Source: Auanema rhodensis (taxonomy: Eukaryota > Animalia > Nematoda). From it: a DNA stretch of 64,000 bases. The translations under genes and the position numbers were made by a program. Shown piece after piece: positions 23,039 to 37,726 of the stretch (position 1 is its first letter; every line of letters begins with the position of its first letter). The DNA is taken from positions 11,346,001 to 11,410,000 of the forward strand of contig OZ059894.1 of the NCBI GenBank assembly GCA_964057225.1, given 5' to 3'. The notes beneath the pieces are model-generated. The model saw only the letters and a list, made by a program, of their open reading frames with translations. It was not told the DNA's origin and did not search any database.

Positions 23039-24218
23039 ACAGTAAAAAGTCCAATCAAGAGAGAAATTTTTTCAACACATAGTTGTTTTTTTTTTAAATA
23101 TCATTGTTTTTCCTCATAACTCGGTTTAAACTCGTTCTAACCCGTTGAAATACGTCTAGAAAGTCTTTATAACATGCATATGTATGATAGAACTTCATAT
23201 TTATTGTAATAGAAAATTTTATTTTCAGACGTCTTGGTTAACAATGATATGTTTTACCCCCTTATAATTTTTATCATAATGTTCCTTATACGGAACGCTC
23301 AATGAAACTTGCTTCCAGAAAAATTTCTTTCTATTTTTTCTTCATATGTACGTAGATACTATAGAGAACTATGATAGAAAACTTTAACATTCACGAAATC
23401 ATCATTTCTCATTACGCTACGGAGGTTTAAAAAGCTGTGTTTTACCTTATAATAGACCGGAAAACCCTTGTGTTAAAACTGGACCGTTTTTACACATATA
23501 AAAATGTCCCGTATTCGGGACCCTAATGTAACTTTTGATTCCCTATATTTTTTTTCATGAAATTTACAATCTACTGTAGAAAGAAGAATTATTTTTATAA
23601 AAACTGTAAATTTTTGAAAAATGAAAACAAAACGAAAACAAAAACAACTTTTTTTTGAACATTTTCTCACACAAGGGTCCCCCCTTACCTACTTTTTTTC
23701 TCATTACTCGTTTCAACCTCATCCGATCACTCTGCAAACATGTTTAATCGTTCTAACTTGTTGAAATACGTCTTAAAAGTCTAAACAACATGCATATGCA
23801 TAATAGAAACCACCCGAATAGGCCCCCACGCACTAAACGAGATATATACATTACCAGTATAGTAATAGAACACATATTGAAGATTAATTCGATAAGAACA
23901 ATTTATTGACGTAGAGAATGTTTGTTCCGAAAAACTACAATATTAAACTATAAAAGTAACAAAAGCGTAGAGGCAGCAAAGACATGAATAAACATAAATG
24001 TAAATACAGAATTACCAGGTAGTACATAAGTATGACAAAAAATTATAAGAAAGCCATGAAAATAGAAGGTTTGTGAACAAATGAGAGGTACATCTTTGAT
24101 CGTATAGTCATTTCTAAACCGTTCGTATGCTGCAGCATCGTCATAAGCGTCACTCAAGTTGAATTTCCATGTGTACTACACGATTTTCATTCTTATTGTT
24201 ACATTCTTTCCCTGAGGG

Positions 24219-24404
24219 AATGGGCCGTTCCCGCCAGCAGTGCAAGAGCGGGTCGACCCGTGAGGTGGAGCTAGCAAGCCAGCATCTACCTCAAGTCTCA
24301 AAAATCGGTTAACCTTATTGTGAACCAATGGAACACATATCGAAGGTTAATTCGATAAGAACGATTACTACACTTTGATCTTAGCCAAAAGGCCGAGAAG
24401 CGAT
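24219..24404 (-). ncRNA. U2: U2 snRNA
   Basis: Copy of 563-748. Confidence 0.97.
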
Positions 24405-24846
24405 ACAGCATAGCCATGAGTATCAAAGACATCAAGCAAATGTATCGTACTTGTTACGAGTGCACTCTCTCATTTGAATATAAAAGTGTGGTTTGACAAT
24501 CTTGACTGTACAGGTCATAAATGGCTCATATAAACTGTGGATTTACTCAACTTTTGGACTTATTTTTTTCTTATTCGAAGCGCTGCACTTTTTTCTATTC
24601 TTTTTATTCAAATACTTGTATATAGTTTTATATGTACGGTTGCAAAGTTTCCGAATATTTTATATATTTTTATACAATAATTAGGAGAAGGTTAATACAA
24701 TGAAATCTCCCAACTTTACAGTGTTTGTATTGCTTACAGTATCTAGAACAACCACTCTTGTAATATTAGAGCACATATCAATCAACAACTTTTTCTAGTT
24801 ATCAAAGCTTTTTTATTTCTTCAAGATATTTCAAATAAAATATAAA

Positions 24847-24965
24847 AGCTTACGACACCCGGGATTCCCAAGCCGTCTCCGATCCAAGTACTAACCGGGC
24901 CCAACGTTGCTTGACTTGCCAGATCGGACGGGATGGCGTACTTTCAACGTGGTATGGTCGTAAGC
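24847..24965 (-). rRNA. 5S: 5S rRNA
   Basis: Copy of 1191-1309. Confidence 0.97.
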
Positions 24966-25206
24966 AATGTTATATTCTTCATTATCAGTTATATCACTCT
25001 AAATCTTGTTGTTAATAGTTAGGACCACAAAGAAAACAACAGGAACAGTAACAAATGAAATGCCCAAACTTTACAGTGTTCGAGTTATTTACAGTATCTA
25101 AGACTACCTCTGTCGTGTTATTAGAGCAAACATTCGATTAACAACAACTTTTTTTTAGTTATCAAAGCTTTTTTATTTCTTCAAAAAATTTCAAATAAAA
25201 TATAAA

Positions 25207-25325
25207 AGCTTACGACACCCGGGATTCCCAAGCCGTCTCCGATCCAAGTACTAACCGGGCCCAACGTTGCTTGACTTGCCAGATCGGACGGGATGGCGTA
25301 CTTTCAACGTGGTATGGTCGTAAGC
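25207..25325 (-). rRNA. 5S: 5S rRNA
   Basis: Copy of 1191-1309. Confidence 0.97.
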
Positions 25326-25467
25326 AATGTCATATTCTTCATTATCAGTTATATCACTCTAAATCTTGTTGTTAATAGATACGACCACAAAGAAAACAAC
25401 AGGAACAGTAACAATAACAAAAAAAATTTTTTTTTCACCTATGTGTCTAAAGGTTAGCCATGTATCC

Positions 25468-25509
<42 letters not shown>

Positions 25510-26689
25510 ACAGTAAAAAGTCCAATCAAGAGAGAAATTTTTTCAACACATAGTTGTTGTTTTTTTAAATATCATTGTTTTTCCTCATAACTCGGTTTAA
25601 ACTCGTTCTAACCCGTTGAAATACGTCTAGAAAGTCTTTATAACATGCATATGTATGATAGAACTTCATATTTATTGTAATAGAAAATTTTATTTTCAGA
25701 CGTCTTGGTTAACAATGATATGTTTTACCCCCTTATAATTTTTATCATAATGTTCCTTATACGGAACGCTCAATGAAACTTGCTTCCAGAAAAATTTCTT
25801 TCTATTTTTTCTTCATATGTACGTAGATACTATAGAGAACTATGATAGAAAACTTTAACATTCACGAAATCATCATTTCTCATTACGCTACGGAGGTTTA
25901 AAAAGCTGTGTTTTACCTTATAATAGACCGGAAAACCCTTGTGTTAAAACTGGACCGTTTTTACACATATAAAAATGTCCCGTATTCGGGACCCTAATGT
26001 AACTTTTGATTCCCTATATTTTTTTTCATGAAATTTACAATCTACTGTAGAAAGAAGAATTATTTTTATAAAAACTGTAAATTTTTGAAAAATGAAAACA
26101 AAACGAAAACAAAAACAACTTTTTTTTGAACATTTTCTCACACAAGGGTCCCCCCTTACCTACTTTTTTTCTCATTACTCGTTTCAACCTCATCCGATCA
26201 CTCTGCAAACATGTTTAATCGTTCTAACTTGTTGAAATACGTCTTAAAAGTCTAAACAACATGCATATGCATAATAGAAACCACCCGAATAGGCCCCCAC
26301 GCACTAAACGAGATATATACATTACCAGTATAGTAATAGAACACATATTGAAGATTAATTCGATAAGAACAATTTATTGACGTAGAGAATGTTTGTTCCG
26401 AAAAACTACAATATTAAACTATAAAAGTAACAAAAGCGTAGAGGCAGCAAAGACATGAATAAACATAAATGTAAATACAGAATTACCAGGTAGTACATAA
26501 GTATGACAAAAAATTATAAGAAAGCCATGAAAATAGAAGGTTTGTGAACAAATGAGAGGTACATCTTTGATCGTATAGTCATTTCTAAACCGTTCGTATG
26601 CTGCAGCATCGTCATAAGCGTCACTCAAGTTGAATTTCCATGTGTACTACACGATTTTCATTCTTATTGTTACATTCTTTCCCTGAGGG

Positions 26690-26875
26690 AATGGGCCGTT
26701 CCCGCCAGCAGTGCAAGAGCGGGTCGACCCGTGAGGTGGAGCTAGCAAGCCAGCATCTACCTCAAGTCTCAAAAATCGGTTAACCTTATTGTGAACCAAT
26801 GGAACACATATCGAAGGTTAATTCGATAAGAACGATTACTACACTTTGATCTTAGCCAAAAGGCCGAGAAGCGAT
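26690..26875 (-). ncRNA. U2: U2 snRNA
   Basis: Copy of 563-748. Confidence 0.97.
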
Positions 26876-27317
26876 ACAGCATAGCCATGAGTATCAAAGA
26901 CATCAAGCAAATGTATCGTACTTGTTACGAGTGCACTCTCTCATTTGAATATAAAAGTGTGGTTTGACAATCTTGACTGTACAGGTCATAAATGGCTCAT
27001 ATAAACTGTGGATTTACTCAACTTTTGGACTTATTTTTTTCTTATTCGAAGCGCTGCACTTTTTTCTATTCTTTTTATTCAAATACTTGTATATAGTTTT
27101 ATATGTACGGTTGCAAAGTTTCCGAATATTTTATATATTTTTATACAATAATTAGGAGAAGGTTAATACAATGAAATCTCCCAACTTTACAGTGTTTGTA
27201 TTGCTTACAGTATCTAGAACAACCACTCTTGTAATATTAGAGCACATATCAATCAACAACTTTTTCTAGTTATCAAAGCTTTTTTATTTCTTCAAGATAT
27301 TTCAAATAAAATATAAA

Positions 27318-27436
27318 AGCTTACGACACCCGGGATTCCCAAGCCGTCTCCGATCCAAGTACTAACCGGGCCCAACGTTGCTTGACTTGCCAGATCGGAC
27401 GGGATGGCGTACTTTCAACGTGGTATGGTCGTAAGC
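27318..27436 (-). rRNA. 5S: 5S rRNA (three-copy unit)
   Basis: Copy of 1191-1309. Confidence 0.97.
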
Positions 27437-27677
27437 AATGTTATATTCTTCATTATCAGTTATATCACTCTAAATCTTGTTGTTAATAGTTAGGACCACA
27501 AAGAAAACAACAGGAACAGTAACAAATGAAATGCCCAAACTTTACAGTGTTCGAGTTATTTACAGTATCTAAGACTACCTCTGTCGTGTTATTAGAGCAA
27601 ACATTCGATTAACAACAACTTTTTTTTAGTTATCAAAGCTTTTTTATTTCTTCAAAAAATTTCAAATAAAATATAAA

Positions 27678-27796
27678 AGCTTACGACACCCGGGATTCCC
27701 AAGCCGTCTCCGATCCAAGTACTAACCGGGCCCAACGTTGCTTGACTTGCCAGATCGGACGGGATGGCGTACTTTCAACGTGGTATGGTCGTAAGC
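27678..27796 (-). rRNA. 5S: 5S rRNA (extra copy in three-copy unit)
   Basis: Copy of 1191-1309. Confidence 0.97.
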
Positions 27797-28037
27797 AATG
27801 TTATATTCTTCATTATCAGTTATATCACTCTAAATCTTGTTGTTAATAGTTAGGACCACAAAGAAAACAACAGGAACAGTAACAAATGAAATGCCCAAAC
27901 TTTACAGTGTTCGAGTTATTTACAGTATCTAAGACTACCTCTGTCGTGTTATTAGAGCAAACATTCGATTAACAACAACTTTTTTTTAGTTATCAAAGCT
28001 TTTTTATTTCTTCAAAAAATTTCAAATAAAATATAAA

Positions 28038-28156
28038 AGCTTACGACACCCGGGATTCCCAAGCCGTCTCCGATCCAAGTACTAACCGGGCCCAACGTTG
28101 CTTGACTTGCCAGATCGGACGGGATGGCGTACTTTCAACGTGGTATGGTCGTAAGC
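28038..28156 (-). rRNA. 5S: 5S rRNA (three-copy unit)
   Basis: Copy of 1191-1309. Confidence 0.97.
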
Positions 28157-28298
28157 AATGTCATATTCTTCATTATCAGTTATATCACTCTAAATCTTGT
28201 TGTTAATAGATACGACCACAAAGAAAACAACAGGAACAGTAACAATAACAAAAAAAATTTTTTTTTCACCTATGTGTCTAAAGGTTAGCCATGTATCC

Positions 28299-28348
<50 letters not shown>

Positions 28349-29528
28349 ACAGTAAAAAGTCCAATCAAGAGAGAAATTTTTTCAACACATAGTTGTTTTT
28401 TTTTTAAATATCATTGTTTTTCCTCATAACTCGGTTTAAACTCGTTCTAACCCGTTGAAATACGTCTAGAAAGTCTTTATAACATGCATATGTATGATAG
28501 AACTTCATATTTATTGTAATAGAAAATTTTATTTTCAGACGTCTTGGTTAACAATGATATGTTTTACCCCCTTATAATTTTTATCATAATGTTCCTTATA
28601 CGGAACGCTCAATGAAACTTGCTTCCAGAAAAATTTCTTTCTATTTTTTCTTCATATGTACGTAGATACTATAGAGAACTATGATAGAAAACTTTAACAT
28701 TCACGAAATCATCATTTCTCATTACGCTACGGAGGTTTAAAAAGCTGTGTTTTACCTTATAATAGACCGGAAAACCCTTGTGTTAAAACTGGACCGTTTT
28801 TACACATATAAAAATGTCCCGTATTCGGGACCCTAATGTAACTTTTGATTCCCTATATTTTTTTTCATGAAATTTACAATCTACTGTAGAAAGAAGAATT
28901 ATTTTTATAAAAACTGTAAATTTTTGAAAAATGAAAACAAAACGAAAACAAAAACAACTTTTTTTTGAACATTTTCTCACACAAGGGTCCCCCCTTACCT
29001 ACTTTTTTTCTCATTACTCGTTTCAACCTCATCCGATCACTCTGCAAACATGTTTAATCGTTCTAACTTGTTGAAATACGTCTTAAAAGTCTAAACAACA
29101 TGCATATGCATAATAGAAACCACCCGAATAGGCCCCCACGCACTAAACGAGATATATACATTACCAGTATAGTAATAGAACACATATTGAAGATTAATTC
29201 GATAAGAACAATTTATTGACGTAGAGAATGTTTGTTCCGAAAAACTACAATATTAAACTATAAAAGTAACAAAAGCGTAGAGGCAGCAAAGACATGAATA
29301 AACATAAATGTAAATACAGAATTACCAGGTAGTACATAAGTATGACAAAAAATTATAAGAAAGCCATGAAAATAGAAGGTTTGTGAACAAATGAGAGGTA
29401 CATCTTTGATCGTATAGTCATTTCTAAACCGTTCGTATGCTGCAGCATCGTCATAAGCGTCACTCAAGTTGAATTTCCATGTGTACTACACGATTTTCAT
29501 TCTTATTGTTACATTCTTTCCCTGAGGG

Positions 29529-29714
29529 AATGGGCCGTTCCCGCCAGCAGTGCAAGAGCGGGTCGACCCGTGAGGTGGAGCTAGCAAGCCAGCATCTACC
29601 TCAAGTCTCAAAAATCGGTTAACCTTATTGTGAACCAATGGAACACATATCGAAGGTTAATTCGATAAGAACGATTACTACACTTTGATCTTAGCCAAAA
29701 GGCCGAGAAGCGAT
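29529..29714 (-). ncRNA. U2: U2 snRNA
   Basis: Copy of 563-748. Confidence 0.97.
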
Positions 29715-30156
29715 ACAGCATAGCCATGAGTATCAAAGACATCAAGCAAATGTATCGTACTTGTTACGAGTGCACTCTCTCATTTGAATATAAAAGTGTG
29801 GTTTGACAATCTTGACTGTACAGGTCATAAATGGCTCATATAAACTGTGGATTTACTCAACTTTTGGACTTATTTTTTTCTTATTCGAAGCGCTGCACTT
29901 TTTTCTATTCTTTTTATTCAAATACTTGTATATAGTTTTATATGTACGGTTGCAAAGTTTCCGAATATTTTATATATTTTTATACAATAATTAGGAGAAG
30001 GTTAATACAATGAAATCTCCCAACTTTACAGTGTTTGTATTGCTTACAGTATCTAGAACAACCACTCTTGTAATATTAGAGCACATATCAATCAACAACT
30101 TTTTCTAGTTATCAAAGCTTTTTTATTTCTTCAAGATATTTCAAATAAAATATAAA

Positions 30157-30275
30157 AGCTTACGACACCCGGGATTCCCAAGCCGTCTCCGATCCAAGTA
30201 CTAACCGGGCCCAACGTTGCTTGACTTGCCAGATCGGACGGGATGGCGTACTTTCAACGTGGTATGGTCGTAAGC
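30157..30275 (-). rRNA. 5S: 5S rRNA
   Basis: Copy of 1191-1309. Confidence 0.97.
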
Positions 30276-30516
30276 AATGTTATATTCTTCATTATCAGTT
30301 ATATCACTCTAAATCTTGTTGTTAATAGTTAGGACCACAAAGAAAACAACAGGAACAGTAACAAATGAAATGCCCAAACTTTACAGTGTTCGAGTTATTT
30401 ACAGTATCTAAGACTACCTCTGTCGTGTTATTAGAGCAAACATTCGATTAACAACAACTTTTTTTTAGTTATCAAAGCTTTTTTATTTCTTCAAAAAATT
30501 TCAAATAAAATATAAA

Positions 30517-30635
30517 AGCTTACGACACCCGGGATTCCCAAGCCGTCTCCGATCCAAGTACTAACCGGGCCCAACGTTGCTTGACTTGCCAGATCGGACG
30601 GGATGGCGTACTTTCAACGTGGTATGGTCGTAAGC
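30517..30635 (-). rRNA. 5S: 5S rRNA
   Basis: Copy of 1191-1309. Confidence 0.97.
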
Positions 30636-30777
30636 AATGTCATATTCTTCATTATCAGTTATATCACTCTAAATCTTGTTGTTAATAGATACGACCACAA
30701 AGAAAACAACAGGAACAGTAACAATAACAAAAAAAATTTTTTTTTCACCTATGTGTCTAAAGGTTAGCCATGTATCC

Positions 30778-30817
<40 letters not shown>

Positions 30818-31997
30818 ACAGTAAAAAGTCCAATCAAGAGAGAAATTTTTTCAACACATAGTTGTTTTTTTTTTAAATATCATTGTTTTTCCTCATAACT
30901 CGGTTTAAACTCGTTCTAACCCGTTGAAATACGTCTAGAAAGTCTTTATAACATGCATATGTATGATAGAACTTCATATTTATTGTAATAGAAAATTTTA
31001 TTTTCAGACGTCTTGGTTAACAATGATATGTTTTACCCCCTTATAATTTTTATCATAATGTTCCTTATACGGAACGCTCAATGAAACTTGCTTCCAGAAA
31101 AATTTCTTTCTATTTTTTCTTCATATGTACGTAGATACTATAGAGAACTATGATAGAAAACTTTAACATTCACGAAATCATCATTTCTCATTACGCTACG
31201 GAGGTTTAAAAAGCTGTGTTTTACCTTATAATAGACCGGAAAACCCTTGTGTTAAAACTGGACCGTTTTTACACATATAAAAATGTCCCGTATTCGGGAC
31301 CCTAATGTAACTTTTGATTCCCTATATTTTTTTTCATGAAATTTACAATCTACTGTAGAAAGAAGAATTATTTTTATAAAAACTGTAAATTTTTGAAAAA
31401 TGAAAACAAAACGAAAACAAAAACAACTTTTTTTTGAACATTTTCTCACACAAGGGTCCCCCCTTACCTACTTTTTTTCTCATTACTCGTTTCAACCTCA
31501 TCCGATCACTCTGCAAACATGTTTAATCGTTCTAACTTGTTGAAATACGTCTTAAAAGTCTAAACAACATGCATATGCATAATAGAAACCACCCGAATAG
31601 GCCCCCACGCACTAAACGAGATATATACATTACCAGTATAGTAATAGAACACATATTGAAGATTAATTCGATAAGAACAATTTATTGACGTAGAGAATGT
31701 TTGTTCCGAAAAACTACAATATTAAACTATAAAAGTAACAAAAGCGTAGAGGCAGCAAAGACATGAATAAACATAAATGTAAATACAGAATTACCAGGTA
31801 GTACATAAGTATGACAAAAAATTATAAGAAAGCCATGAAAATAGAAGGTTTGTGAACAAATGAGAGGTACATCTTTGATCGTATAGTCATTTCTAAACCG
31901 TTCGTATGCTGCAGCATCGTCATAAGCGTCACTCAAGTTGAATTTCCATGTGTACTACACGATTTTCATTCTTATTGTTACATTCTTTCCCTGAGGG

Positions 31998-32183
31998 AAT
32001 GGGCCGTTCCCGCCAGCAGTGCAAGAGCGGGTCGACCCGTGAGGTGGAGCTAGCAAGCCAGCATCTACCTCAAGTCTCAAAAATCGGTTAACCTTATTGT
32101 GAACCAATGGAACACATATCGAAGGTTAATTCGATAAGAACGATTACTACACTTTGATCTTAGCCAAAAGGCCGAGAAGCGAT
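31998..32183 (-). ncRNA. U2: U2 snRNA
   Basis: Copy of 563-748. Confidence 0.97.
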
Positions 32184-32625
32184 ACAGCATAGCCATGAGT
32201 ATCAAAGACATCAAGCAAATGTATCGTACTTGTTACGAGTGCACTCTCTCATTTGAATATAAAAGTGTGGTTTGACAATCTTGACTGTACAGGTCATAAA
32301 TGGCTCATATAAACTGTGGATTTACTCAACTTTTGGACTTATTTTTTTCTTATTCGAAGCGCTGCACTTTTTTCTATTCTTTTTATTCAAATACTTGTAT
32401 ATAGTTTTATATGTACGGTTGCAAAGTTTCCGAATATTTTATATATTTTTATACAATAATTAGGAGAAGGTTAATACAATGAAATCTCCCAACTTTACAG
32501 TGTTTGTATTGCTTACAGTATCTAGAACAACCACTCTTGTAATATTAGAGCACATATCAATCAACAACTTTTTCTAGTTATCAAAGCTTTTTTATTTCTT
32601 CAAGATATTTCAAATAAAATATAAA

Positions 32626-32744
32626 AGCTTACGACACCCGGGATTCCCAAGCCGTCTCCGATCCAAGTACTAACCGGGCCCAACGTTGCTTGACTTGCCA
32701 GATCGGACGGGATGGCGTACTTTCAACGTGGTATGGTCGTAAGC
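32626..32744 (-). rRNA. 5S: 5S rRNA
   Basis: Copy of 1191-1309. Confidence 0.97.
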
Positions 32745-32985
32745 AATGTTATATTCTTCATTATCAGTTATATCACTCTAAATCTTGTTGTTAATAGTTA
32801 GGACCACAAAGAAAACAACAGGAACAGTAACAAATGAAATGCCCAAACTTTACAGTGTTCGAGTTATTTACAGTATCTAAGACTACCTCTGTCGTGTTAT
32901 TAGAGCAAACATTCGATTAACAACAACTTTTTTTTAGTTATCAAAGCTTTTTTATTTCTTCAAAAAATTTCAAATAAAATATAAA

Positions 32986-33104
32986 AGCTTACGACACCCG
33001 GGATTCCCAAGCCGTCTCCGATCCAAGTACTAACCGGGCCCAACGTTGCTTGACTTGCCAGATCGGACGGGATGGCGTACTTTCAACGTGGTATGGTCGT
33101 AAGC
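32986..33104 (-). rRNA. 5S: 5S rRNA
   Basis: Copy of 1191-1309. Confidence 0.97.
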
Positions 33105-33246
33105 AATGTCATATTCTTCATTATCAGTTATATCACTCTAAATCTTGTTGTTAATAGATACGACCACAAAGAAAACAACAGGAACAGTAACAATAACAAA
33201 AAAAATTTTTTTTTCACCTATGTGTCTAAAGGTTAGCCATGTATCC

Positions 33247-33286
<40 letters not shown>

Positions 33287-34466
33287 ACAGTAAAAAGTCC
33301 AATCAAGAGAGAAATTTTTTCAACACATAGTTGTTTTTTTTTTAAATATCATTGTTTTTCCTCATAACTCGGTTTAAACTCGTTCTAACCCGTTGAAATA
33401 CGTCTAGAAAGTCTTTATAACATGCATATGTATGATAGAACTTCATATTTATTGTAATAGAAAATTTTATTTTCAGACGTCTTGGTTAACAATGATATGT
33501 TTTACCCCCTTATAATTTTTATCATAATGTTCCTTATACGGAACGCTCAATGAAACTTGCTTCCAGAAAAATTTCTTTCTATTTTTTCTTCATATGTACG
33601 TAGATACTATAGAGAACTATGATAGAAAACTTTAACATTCACGAAATCATCATTTCTCATTACGCTACGGAGGTTTAAAAAGCTGTGTTTTACCTTATAA
33701 TAGACCGGAAAACCCTTGTGTTAAAACTGGACCGTTTTTACACATATAAAAATGTCCCGTATTCGGGACCCTAATGTAACTTTTGATTCCCTATATTTTT
33801 TTTCATGAAATTTACAATCTACTGTAGAAAGAAGAATTATTTTTATAAAAACTGTAAATTTTTGAAAAATGAAAACAAAACGAAAACAAAAACAACTTTT
33901 TTTTGAACATTTTCTCACACAAGGGTCCCCCCTTACCTACTTTTTTTCTCATTACTCGTTTCAACCTCATCCGATCACTCTGCAAACATGTTTAATCGTT
34001 CTAACTTGTTGAAATACGTCTTAAAAGTCTAAACAACATGCATATGCATAATAGAAACCACCCGAATAGGCCCCCACGCACTAAACGAGATATATACATT
34101 ACCAGTATAGTAATAGAACACATATTGAAGATTAATTCGATAAGAACAATTTATTGACGTAGAGAATGTTTGTTCCGAAAAACTACAATATTAAACTATA
34201 AAAGTAACAAAAGCGTAGAGGCAGCAAAGACATGAATAAACATAAATGTAAATACAGAATTACCAGGTAGTACATAAGTATGACAAAAAATTATAAGAAA
34301 GCCATGAAAATAGAAGGTTTGTGAACAAATGAGAGGTACATCTTTGATCGTATAGTCATTTCTAAACCGTTCGTATGCTGCAGCATCGTCATAAGCGTCA
34401 CTCAAGTTGAATTTCCATGTGTACTACACGATTTTCATTCTTATTGTTACATTCTTTCCCTGAGGG

Positions 34467-34652
34467 AATGGGCCGTTCCCGCCAGCAGTGCAAGAGCGGG
34501 TCGACCCGTGAGGTGGAGCTAGCAAGCCAGCATCTACCTCAAGTCTCAAAAATCGGTTAACCTTATTGTGAACCAATGGAACACATATCGAAGGTTAATT
34601 CGATAAGAACGATTACTACACTTTGATCTTAGCCAAAAGGCCGAGAAGCGAT
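34467..34652 (-). ncRNA. U2: U2 snRNA
   Basis: Copy of 563-748. Confidence 0.97.
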
Positions 34653-35094
34653 ACAGCATAGCCATGAGTATCAAAGACATCAAGCAAATGTATCGTACTT
34701 GTTACGAGTGCACTCTCTCATTTGAATATAAAAGTGTGGTTTGACAATCTTGACTGTACAGGTCATAAATGGCTCATATAAACTGTGGATTTACTCAACT
34801 TTTGGACTTATTTTTTTCTTATTCGAAGCGCTGCACTTTTTTCTATTCTTTTTATTCAAATACTTGTATATAGTTTTATATGTACGGTTGCAAAGTTTCC
34901 GAATATTTTATATATTTTTATACAATAATTAGGAGAAGGTTAATACAATGAAATCTCCCAACTTTACAGTGTTTGTATTGCTTACAGTATCTAGAACAAC
35001 CACTCTTGTAATATTAGAGCACATATCAATCAACAACTTTTTCTAGTTATCAAAGCTTTTTTATTTCTTCAAGATATTTCAAATAAAATATAAA

Positions 35095-35213
35095 AGCTTA
35101 CGACACCCGGGATTCCCAAGCCGTCTCCGATCCAAGTACTAACCGGGCCCAACGTTGCTTGACTTGCCAGATCGGACGGGATGGCGTACTTTCAACGTGG
35201 TATGGTCGTAAGC
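35095..35213 (-). rRNA. 5S: 5S rRNA
   Basis: Copy of 1191-1309. Confidence 0.97.
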
Positions 35214-35454
35214 AATGTTATATTCTTCATTATCAGTTATATCACTCTAAATCTTGTTGTTAATAGTTAGGACCACAAAGAAAACAACAGGAACAGTAAC
35301 AAATGAAATGCCCAAACTTTACAGTGTTCGAGTTATTTACAGTATCTAAGACTACCTCTGTCGTGTTATTAGAGCAAACATTCGATTAACAACAACTTTT
35401 TTTTAGTTATCAAAGCTTTTTTATTTCTTCAAAAAATTTCAAATAAAATATAAA

Positions 35455-35573
35455 AGCTTACGACACCCGGGATTCCCAAGCCGTCTCCGATCCAAGTACT
35501 AACCGGGCCCAACGTTGCTTGACTTGCCAGATCGGACGGGATGGCGTACTTTCAACGTGGTATGGTCGTAAGC
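35455..35573 (-). rRNA. 5S: 5S rRNA
   Basis: Copy of 1191-1309. Confidence 0.97.
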
Positions 35574-35715
35574 AATGTCATATTCTTCATTATCAGTTAT
35601 ATCACTCTAAATCTTGTTGTTAATAGATACGACCACAAAGAAAACAACAGGAACAGTAACAATAACAAAAAAAATTTTTTTTTCACCTATGTGTCTAAAG
35701 GTTAGCCATGTATCC

Positions 35716-35718
<3 letters not shown>

Positions 35719-35797
<79 letters not shown>
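35719..35797. repeat. (TA)n microsatellite, longest allele (~39 repeats)
   Basis: Pure TA run. Confidence 0.95.
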
Positions 35798-35799
<2 letters not shown>

Positions 35800-36979
35800 A
35801 CAGTAAAAAGTCCAATCAAGAGAGAAATTTTTTCAACACATAGTTGTTTTTTTTTTAAATATCATTGTTTTTCCTCATAACTCGGTTTAAACTCGTTCTA
35901 ACCCGTTGAAATACGTCTAGAAAGTCTTTATAACATGCATATGTATGATAGAACTTCATATTTATTGTAATAGAAAATTTTATTTTCAGACGTCTTGGTT
36001 AACAATGATATGTTTTACCCCCTTATAATTTTTATCATAATGTTCCTTATACGGAACGCTCAATGAAACTTGCTTCCAGAAAAATTTCTTTCTACTTTTT
36101 CTTCATATGTACGTAGATACTATAGAGAACTATGATAGAAAACTTTAACATTCACGAAATCATCATTTCTCATTACGCTACGGAGGTTTAAAAAGCTGTG
36201 TTTTACCTTATAATAGACCGGAAAACCCTTGTGTTAAAACTGGACCGTTTTTACACATATAAAAATGTCCCGTATTCGGGACCCTAATGTAACTTTTGAT
36301 TCCCTATATTTTTTTTCATGAAATTTACAATCTACTGTAGAAAGAAGAATTATTTTTATAAAAACTGTAAATTTTTGAAAAATGAAAACAAAACGAAAAC
36401 AAAAACAACTTTTTTTTGAACATTTTCTCACACAAGGGTCCCCCCTTACCTACTTTTTTTCTCATTACTCGTTTCAACCTCATCCGATCACTCTGCAAAC
36501 ATGTTTAATCGTTCTAACTTGTTGAAATACGTCTTAAAAGTCTAAACAACATGCATATGCATAATAGAAACCACCCGAATAGGCCCCCACGCACTAAACG
36601 AGATATATACATTACCAGTATAGTAATAGAACACATATTGAAGATTAATTCGATAAGAACAATTTATTGACGTAGAGAATGTTTGTTCCGAAAAACTACA
36701 ATATTAAACTATAAAAGTAACAAAAGCGTAGAGGCAGCAAAGACATGAATAAACATAAATGTAAATACAGAATTACCAGGTAGTACATAAGTATGACAAA
36801 AAATTATAAGAAAGCCATGAAAATAGAAGGTTTGTGAACAAATGAGAGGTACATCTTTGATCGTATAGTCATTTCTAAACCGTTCGTATGCTGCAGCATC
36901 GTCATAAGCGTCACTCAAGTTGAATTTCCATGTGTACTACACGATTTTCATTCTTATTGTTACATTCTTTCCCTGAGGG

Positions 36980-37165
36980 AATGGGCCGTTCCCGCCAGCA
37001 GTGCAAGAGCGGGTCGACCCGTGAGGTGGAGCTAGCAAGCCAGCATCTACCTCAAGTCTCAAAAATCGGTTAACCTTATTGTGAACCAATGGAACACATA
37101 TCGAAGGTTAATTCGATAAGAACGATTACTACACTTTGATCTTAGCCAAAAGGCCGAGAAGCGAT
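36980..37165 (-). ncRNA. U2: U2 snRNA
   Basis: Copy of 563-748. Confidence 0.97.
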
Positions 37166-37607
37166 ACAGCATAGCCATGAGTATCAAAGACATCAAGCAA
37201 ATGTATCGTACTTGTTACGAGTGCACTCTCTCATTTGAATATAAAAGTGTGGTTTGACAATCTTGACTGTACAGGTCATAAATGGCTCATATAAACTGTG
37301 GATTTACTCAACTTTTGGACTTATTTTTTTCTTATTCGAAGCGCTGCACTTTTTTCTATTCTTTTTATTCAAATACTTGTATATAGTTTTATATGTACGG
37401 TTGCAAAGTTTCCGAATATTTTATATATTTTTATACAATAATTAGGAGAAGGTTAATACAATGAAATCTCCCAACTTTACAGTGTTTGTATTGCTTACAG
37501 TATCTAGAACAACCACTCTTGTAATATTAGAGCACATATCAATCAACAACTTTTTCTAGTTATCAAAGCTTTTTTATTTCTTCAAGATATTTCAAATAAA
37601 ATATAAA

Positions 37608-37726
37608 AGCTTACGACACCCGGGATTCCCAAGCCGTCTCCGATCCAAGTACTAACCGGGCCCAACGTTGCTTGACTTGCCAGATCGGACGGGATGGCGT
37701 ACTTTCAACGTGGTATGGTCGTAAGC
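37608..37726 (-). rRNA. 5S: 5S rRNA (single-copy unit)
   Basis: Copy of 1191-1309; left flank of copy a, right flank of copy b. Confidence 0.97.
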
